Assembly: GCA_033764615.1 (NCBI GenBank)
Contig: JANRIU010000048.1
Coordinates: 68,058 to 132,057, forward strand
Direction of reading: 5' to 3'
DNA from: Gemmatimonadales bacterium
GTDB lineage: Bacteria > Gemmatimonadota > Gemmatimonadetes > Gemmatimonadales > GWC2-71-9
Length of the DNA stretch: 64,000 bases
In this document: positions 58,656 through 64,000 of the stretch, piece after piece
Layout of the letters: each line of letters starts with the position of its first letter
Position numbering within the stretch: the first letter of the stretch is position 1
Position numbers and translations under genes: made by a program
The notes under the pieces: generated by a model
Told to the model about the DNA's origin: nothing
What the model saw: only the letters and a program-made list of their open reading frames with translations
Database searches by the model: none

Positions 58656-59975
58656 TCAGTTCCCGGCTCCGGCCCCCGAGCCACGGGCCCCCTTCACCAC
58701 CTCGCCGCCCTTCATCACGAACACCGGGCGCTCGAGCCGGGCCACATCCTGCAGCGGGTCCCCCTCCACCGCCACCAGGTCGGCCCACTTCCCCGCCTCC
58801 ACCGTGCCCGCGTCGGCAGCGATGCCGAGGAGCGTCGCGGCGTCGAGGGTGGCGGAGCGGATCGCCTGCATCGGCGTGGCGCCGAGGATCCGGACCATGT
58901 AGCCGAACTCCTCGCCGTTGCGGCCGTGGATGGTGCCGGTGGCGTCGGTGCCGAACGCGAACGGGACGCCGGCCTGGAACGCGGCGCGGAGCCGTTCACG
59001 GCGGAGCGCGGCGATCGCCTTCGCCTTGGCGATGGCATAGGCGGGGGTGCCGTTCTTCTCGCCGTCGCGGACGATCTCCTCGAGGATGATGAGCGTCGGC
59101 ACGAGGTAGGTGCCCTTCGCCTTCATGAGGGCCCCCTGCTCCGCGTCCACGAGCGAGCCGTGCTCGATGCTCGCGACGCCCGCCTGCACCGCGGCGGTGA
59201 GCCCGGCGCCGCCGTGCGCGTGCGCCATCACCTTGCGGCCGAGGCGCCGCGCCTCGTTCACGACCTCGCGCAGCTCGTCGTCCGAGAACTGCGACGCGGT
59301 CACCGCATCCCCTTGCGACAGGATGCCGCCCGTGGCGACGACCTTGACCTGGTCGGCGCCGTACTTGGCGTTGAGCCGCACCTGGCGGCGCACGGCGTCG
59401 ACGCCGTCGACGATGACGCCGGTGCCGGGGATGTGCAGCTCGGGGGACCAGCCGTTCACGTCGGCGTGGCCGCCGGTGATGCCGAGCGCGGGGCCGGAGG
59501 CGTGGATGCGCGGGCCGGGGATGATGCCGCGCGTGATCGCGTCGCGGAGGGCGACGTCGACGAAGCCGGCGTTCCCCGCCTCGCGCACGGTGGTGAAGCC
59601 GGCCTCGAGCGTCTTCCGCGCGTTCACGGTGCCGTAGATGCCGCCATGCGCGCCGGTCTCCTTGAGCACGGCGAGGTCGCCGCCATCGTTGTCGATGGAA
59701 GTGAGGTGCGTGTGGCAGTCGATGAAGCCGGGGAGCAGCGTGTGGCGCGGCAGCTCGATGACCGTCGCACCCTTCGGCACCTGCAGGCGGCCCTGCACGC
59801 CGACCTCCACGATGCGGTCGCCGCGAATGACGATCGCGGGCTTCTCGACCACGCGGCCGTCGCCCACGATGAGGCGGTCGGCGCGGAGGACGGTGGTGGC
59901 GGGGGCCTGGGCGGGGAGCGGCCGAGCGGCGAGCGCCCCGAGGCCGAGCACGGCGAGCGAGGACCAGCGGATCAT
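58656..59975 (-). CDS. secreted amidohydrolase-family metallohydrolase
   Basis: Signal peptide. PGFIDCHTHL (HxH), later HAHG, ..IEH.., GTD metal ligands. Confidence 0.85.
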   Translation of the reverse strand: MIRWSSLAVLGLGALAARPLPAQAPATTVLRADRLIVGDGRVVEKPAIVIRGDRIVEVGVQGRLQVPKGATVIELPRHTLLPGFIDCHTHLTSIDNDGGDLAVLKETGAHGGIYGTVNARKTLEAGFTTVREAGNAGFVDVALRDAITRGIIPGPRIHASGPALGITGGHADVNGWSPELHIPGTGVIVDGVDAVRRQVRLNAKYGADQVKVVATGGILSQGDAVTASQFSDDELREVVNEARRLGRKVMAHAHGGAGLTAAVQAGVASIEHGSLVDAEQGALMKAKGTYLVPTLIILEEIVRDGEKNGTPAYAIAKAKAIAALRRERLRAAFQAGVPFAFGTDATGTIHGRNGEEFGYMVRILGATPMQAIRSATLDAATLLGIAADAGTVEAGKWADLVAVEGDPLQDVARLERPVFVMKGGEVVKGARGSGAGAGN

Positions 59976-60002
59976 GGGAGGGCCGGGGGTGGGGGGATCA
60001 GT

Positions 60003-60380
60003 TCATGCTCGCTTGGGCACATACCGGACGTTCGCCAACGCGGCGAAGTGGGCATCCATCGTCCAGAGCGTCGCCTGATGCTGCTTCGCCGTCGCGTAGA
60101 TGATGCTGTCGGCCAGCGGCAGCTGGTGCGCCACCCCGAGCTGGGCCGCGCTCAGGGCGATGCCCGCGTCGAGCGGCACGACCTGCCCCTGATGCAGCAT
60201 GGCGGCGACCTGCAGCGCGGCATCCTCGTCGCGCTGCTGCAGCACGCGCCGCGTCACCTCGACCAGCACGATCGTCGGCACGAGCAGCGCGTCGACCTGC
60301 TCGATCACCTCGGCAAACCTCCCTGCCTGCGGGCCCGCCGCGAAGTACTCCAGCCACGCCGACGAATCGACGAGGTTCAC
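60003..60380 (-). CDS. vapC: type II toxin VapC (PIN domain), intact
   Basis: MNLVDSSAWLEYF (first Asp), ..VLVEV.. , LPLADSIIYATA.., TLWTMDAHF are the four acidic PIN positions. Overlaps the antitoxin stop by 4 nt. Confidence 0.85.
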   Translation of the reverse strand: MNLVDSSAWLEYFAAGPQAGRFAEVIEQVDALLVPTIVLVEVTRRVLQQRDEDAALQVAAMLHQGQVVPLDAGIALSAAQLGVAHQLPLADSIIYATAKQHQATLWTMDAHFAALANVRYVPKRA

Positions 60381-60583
60381 ACGCGGTCCGGCTCCCGGTC
60401 GACGGTGGTGTCGATCCCCTTGAGGAATCCGCGCATCTTCCGCATCGGCTGCACCGGAATGAACTCGATCCGGTTCTGGTACTGCAGCGCCTGCACCTTC
60501 TGCCCCGGCTCCAGCCGGAGCGCTTCGCGGATCTCGCGAGGAATGACGACCTGGAATTTCGGCGAGACGGTGACGACGGCCAT
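60377..60583 (-). CDS. vapB: AbrB/MazE/SpoVT-family antitoxin VapB
   Basis: VSPKFQVVIPREIREALRLEPGQKV is a swapped-hairpin motif. Start at MAVVTV within track ORF 60377..60613. Confidence 0.8.
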   Translation of the reverse strand: MAVVTVSPKFQVVIPREIREALRLEPGQKVQALQYQNRIEFIPVQPMRKMRGFLKGIDTTVDREPDRV

Positions 60584-60655
60584 GTGACCCTCATCGATTG
60601 GCTTGTCGTACAACGATATCGTTTTCGATGAGCCCCGGCAAGGGCTTCGACCGGG

Positions 60656-61983
<1,328 letters not shown>

Positions 61984-61987
<4 letters not shown>

Positions 61988-63180
61988 GGATCGTCGTCCC
62001 CATCGGTCCAGGTCAGCTGGTCGATCTCGCGCCACGGCAGCAGCTGCGTGCGGCCACGGGTCTGGCGCATCGTGCCGCCGTGGATGACGCGCGTCGCGAT
62101 CGTGCGGTCGGCGCCGCGGCTGCCAACGCCGCGCGCGAGCCGTTCGACGCCCTCGGCCCAGTCGCTCGCGATGGTCGCCCCCGACTTCGCCTCGACGAGC
62201 GTCACGCTCGCCGAGTCGGTGGAAACCAGGTCCACTTCGAGGCCGGCGGCGTCGCGATAGTGGAACAGCTCGCGGCGCAGCCCCTGATGCGCCCCGCGCT
62301 TCACGAGTTCCGCCGCCACCCAGCTCTCGAACAGGGCGCCGCGGAGCGGATGCGTCCGGAGCTGCTCCGGCTCCTTGATGCCAAGCAGGTATGACGCCAC
62401 CCCGGAATCGACGAAATGCAGCTTGGCCGACTTGACGACCTGCTTGCGGAAGGTGGGATGCCAGCCCGGCACCCGCACCACGAGGTACGTCGCCTCCAGG
62501 ATGGAGAGCCACGCCTTCGCGGTGTTGTGCGCAATGCCGGCGTCGGCACCGAGGCGGGAGAGGTGGACTTCCCCGGCCGTGCTGCCGGCGCACAACTGCA
62601 GGAAGGTGGTGAACGTGCGCAGGTCGCCCACGTTCAGCACCTGCCGCACGTCGCGCTGCACATAGGTGGCGACGTAATCCGCCAGCCACTGGTGCGGCGG
62701 GATCCCGCGATCGAAGATGCGCGGATAGGCACCGGTCCACAGGGCCTCGAACAGGTCGGTCGGGGCCGTGGGGAATCGCTTCAGCTCGGCCCAGCTCGGC
62801 GGATACAGCTCGATCAGCCCCGTGCGGCCGGCGAGCGACTGGGTGACCGACGCCAGCAGCCCGAGCTGTTGCGAGCCGGTCAGGATGAAGCGGCCCGATG
62901 CGGGGTTCGCGTCCACCTCGGCCTGCAGGTAGCTGAACAGGTCGGGGGCGCGCTGCACCTCGTCGATGATCGCGCCCGAGGGGAGCGAGGCGAGGAAGCC
63001 GCGGGGATCGCTGGTCGCGAACTCCCGCACGTCGAGCGGCTCGAGGCTGACGTACGGGAGGTCCGGGAAGGTGGCGCGGCAGAGCGTGGTCTTGCCCGAC
63101 TGTCTCGGACCCGTGACGGAGACGACCGGATAGTGGCGGGCGAGGTCGGCGAGCCGAGGGGCGGCATCTCGGGTGATCAC
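61984..63180 (-). CDS. AAA+ ATPase with DUF4143 domain (PF13173-type)
   Basis: VSVTGPRQSGKTTL Walker A, IIDEVQ Walker B, C-terminal KLHFVDSG... DUF4143 pattern. Start placed at GTG (VITRD) by family N-terminus; the track ATG is at 63240. Confidence 0.85.
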
Positions 63181-63186
63181 TCGATC

Positions 63187-63228
63187 AGGATAGCCGCAGC
63201 TCAATAAATTGGCAATTCGATTGCCAAT
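63187..63228 (-). promoter_or_regulatory. putative sigma70-type promoter overlapped by a perfect 9-3-9 palindrome (operator?)
   Basis: Minus strand: ATTGGCAAT-cga-ATTGCCAAT palindrome (63208-63228). TTGCCA is followed by 17 nt, then TATCCT, then 6 nt, then the GTG at 63180, which would imply a leaderless transcript. Confidence 0.3.
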
Positions 63229-63317
63229 CCGTGTTGACACGATACACGACGTTGTTTTTCAATCACTTGCGCGGCGTCGGGAAGCGGCGATTGGCGTGTC
63301 CTCCCCCCCCCGAAAAC

Positions 63318-63417
63318 TGACCTTGGTCCCGTTCTGAGACAACGCTCAGTCAGAGCGGCGCGCCTTCTGACCTTGGTCCCGTTTTGAGACAGCGCTCAGT
63401 CAGAGCGGCGCGCCTTC
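63318..63417. repeat. 50-bp tandem duplication (2 copies, 2 mismatches) of an IS end plus the last 6 codons of its transposase
   Basis: TGACCTTGGTCCCGTT(C/T)TGAGACA(A/G)CGCTCAGTCAGAGCGGCGCGCCTTC occurs at 63318-63367 and 63368-63417. Confidence 0.85.
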
Positions 63418-63705
63418 AGCGACCAGTTTGCCCTGACGGATTTCGGCGAAATCCTTGGGCGTCGGGTGGCCCAAGGCGCCGTGCGGGTGTGCCTCATTGT
63501 CGTCGCGCCGCCACGCTTCGATCCCGTGGCGGGCGTCATCCAGATCCACGAACTGATGCACGTTCAGGCGCTCGTCGCGCAGCTTCCTATTGACCGACTC
63601 GATGTGCCCGTTGTTCGTCGCGTCATCGGGCCCATCTTCCTCGGAGGTGCCCGCATCCTGCCGGCTCTGGTCCGCAGCTCCCGTCGTCTTCGGGGAGGAG
63701 GTCAA
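63400..63705 (-). pseudogene. IS3-family transposase OrfB C-terminal remnant
   Basis: ..NNGHIESVNRKLRDERLNVHQFVDLDDARHGIEAWRRDDNEAHPHGALGHPTPKDFAE corresponds to the ..NGyiESFNgkLRDE.LN...F..l.dAr..ie.Wr.dYN..RPHsaLG..tP.eF tail of the rve domain. The catalytic core is absent. Confidence 0.7.
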
Positions 63706-63714
63706 CCGCCTCGC

Positions 63715-64000
63715 GGCCTAACAAGTCTTCTATTTCGACGACACCCGCCCTCGCCCGCGAACCGGATAACGGCGGCGGAGGCGCCTAGGAGGGACAACTC
63801 ACGGTACGCCAGCCAGTTACCGCCCACAAGGGACGCCGCCAGCCGCCGGTTCGCATGCCAGGCCCGCCTCACCACACGAACCGACTTAGACGGCTTAGGG
63901 CCCCTGCGGGCGTCCGGCCAGAAAAGACCGTGTAGCGCCGACGCCCAGGACGCGCAGCGTCTAGCGCCCCGAGCGCGACAGCCGCTCAGCCCCATGCACC
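63715..64000 (-). repeat. conserved non-coding block, copy B (attI-like), running to the window edge
   Basis: Begins with a perfect GTTAGGC (minus strand). Collinear conserved islands with 19488..19775. Confidence 0.7.

Noticed and set aside
63702-63995. 97-aa minus ORF in the copy-B block
   Set aside because: No coding-like composition or motif. The region is homologous to the non-coding block at 19.5-19.8 kb, which has no equivalent ORF.

Overview
This is a very high-GC bacterial chromosome segment. Gene content (many Ser/Thr kinases, TolB-like propellers, a PEP-CTERM protein) suggests a Gemmatimonadota- or Acidobacteriota-like soil organism, but that is inference only. Most of the window is minus-strand housekeeping:
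- feoAB, guaA, lysA, proS, hisS, accD-folC
- mreBCD-mrdA-rodA, dut, ald, pnp, rpsO
- rseP-dxr-cdsA-uppS-frr-pyrH-tsf-rpsB, rpsI-rplM

I found no rRNA, tRNA or CRISPR array. Many long ORFs in the track are antisense or out-of-frame shadows caused by the GC content.

Three segments look accessory:
1. 0.9-6.2 kb holds a run of small modifying or detoxifying enzyme genes.
2. 15.5-20.8 kb is a visibly lower-GC island.
3. 60-64 kb holds an intact vapBC, an AAA-ATPase/dipeptidase pair, an IS fragment and a second copy of a repeat block.

The 15.5-20.8 kb island is the most interesting part. It contains:
- a PEP-CTERM gene
- a complete IS3-family element
- two orphan genes: a zinc-ribbon/DUF4145 protein and a 302-aa protein with no recognisable family
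- an attC-like palindrome separating those two genes
- a C-terminal integron-integrase remnant
- a decayed vapBC module

I read this island as a decayed 'inverted-type' chromosomal integron. Its two cassettes are candidate novel (possibly defence) functions.

The roughly 290-bp block between the integrase remnant and the first cassette recurs at 63.7-64.0 kb. That predicts a second integrase just past the right edge of the window.

Coordinates for shortened starts come from codon arithmetic on the ORF track. Hand-counted non-coding sites may be off by 1-2 nt.
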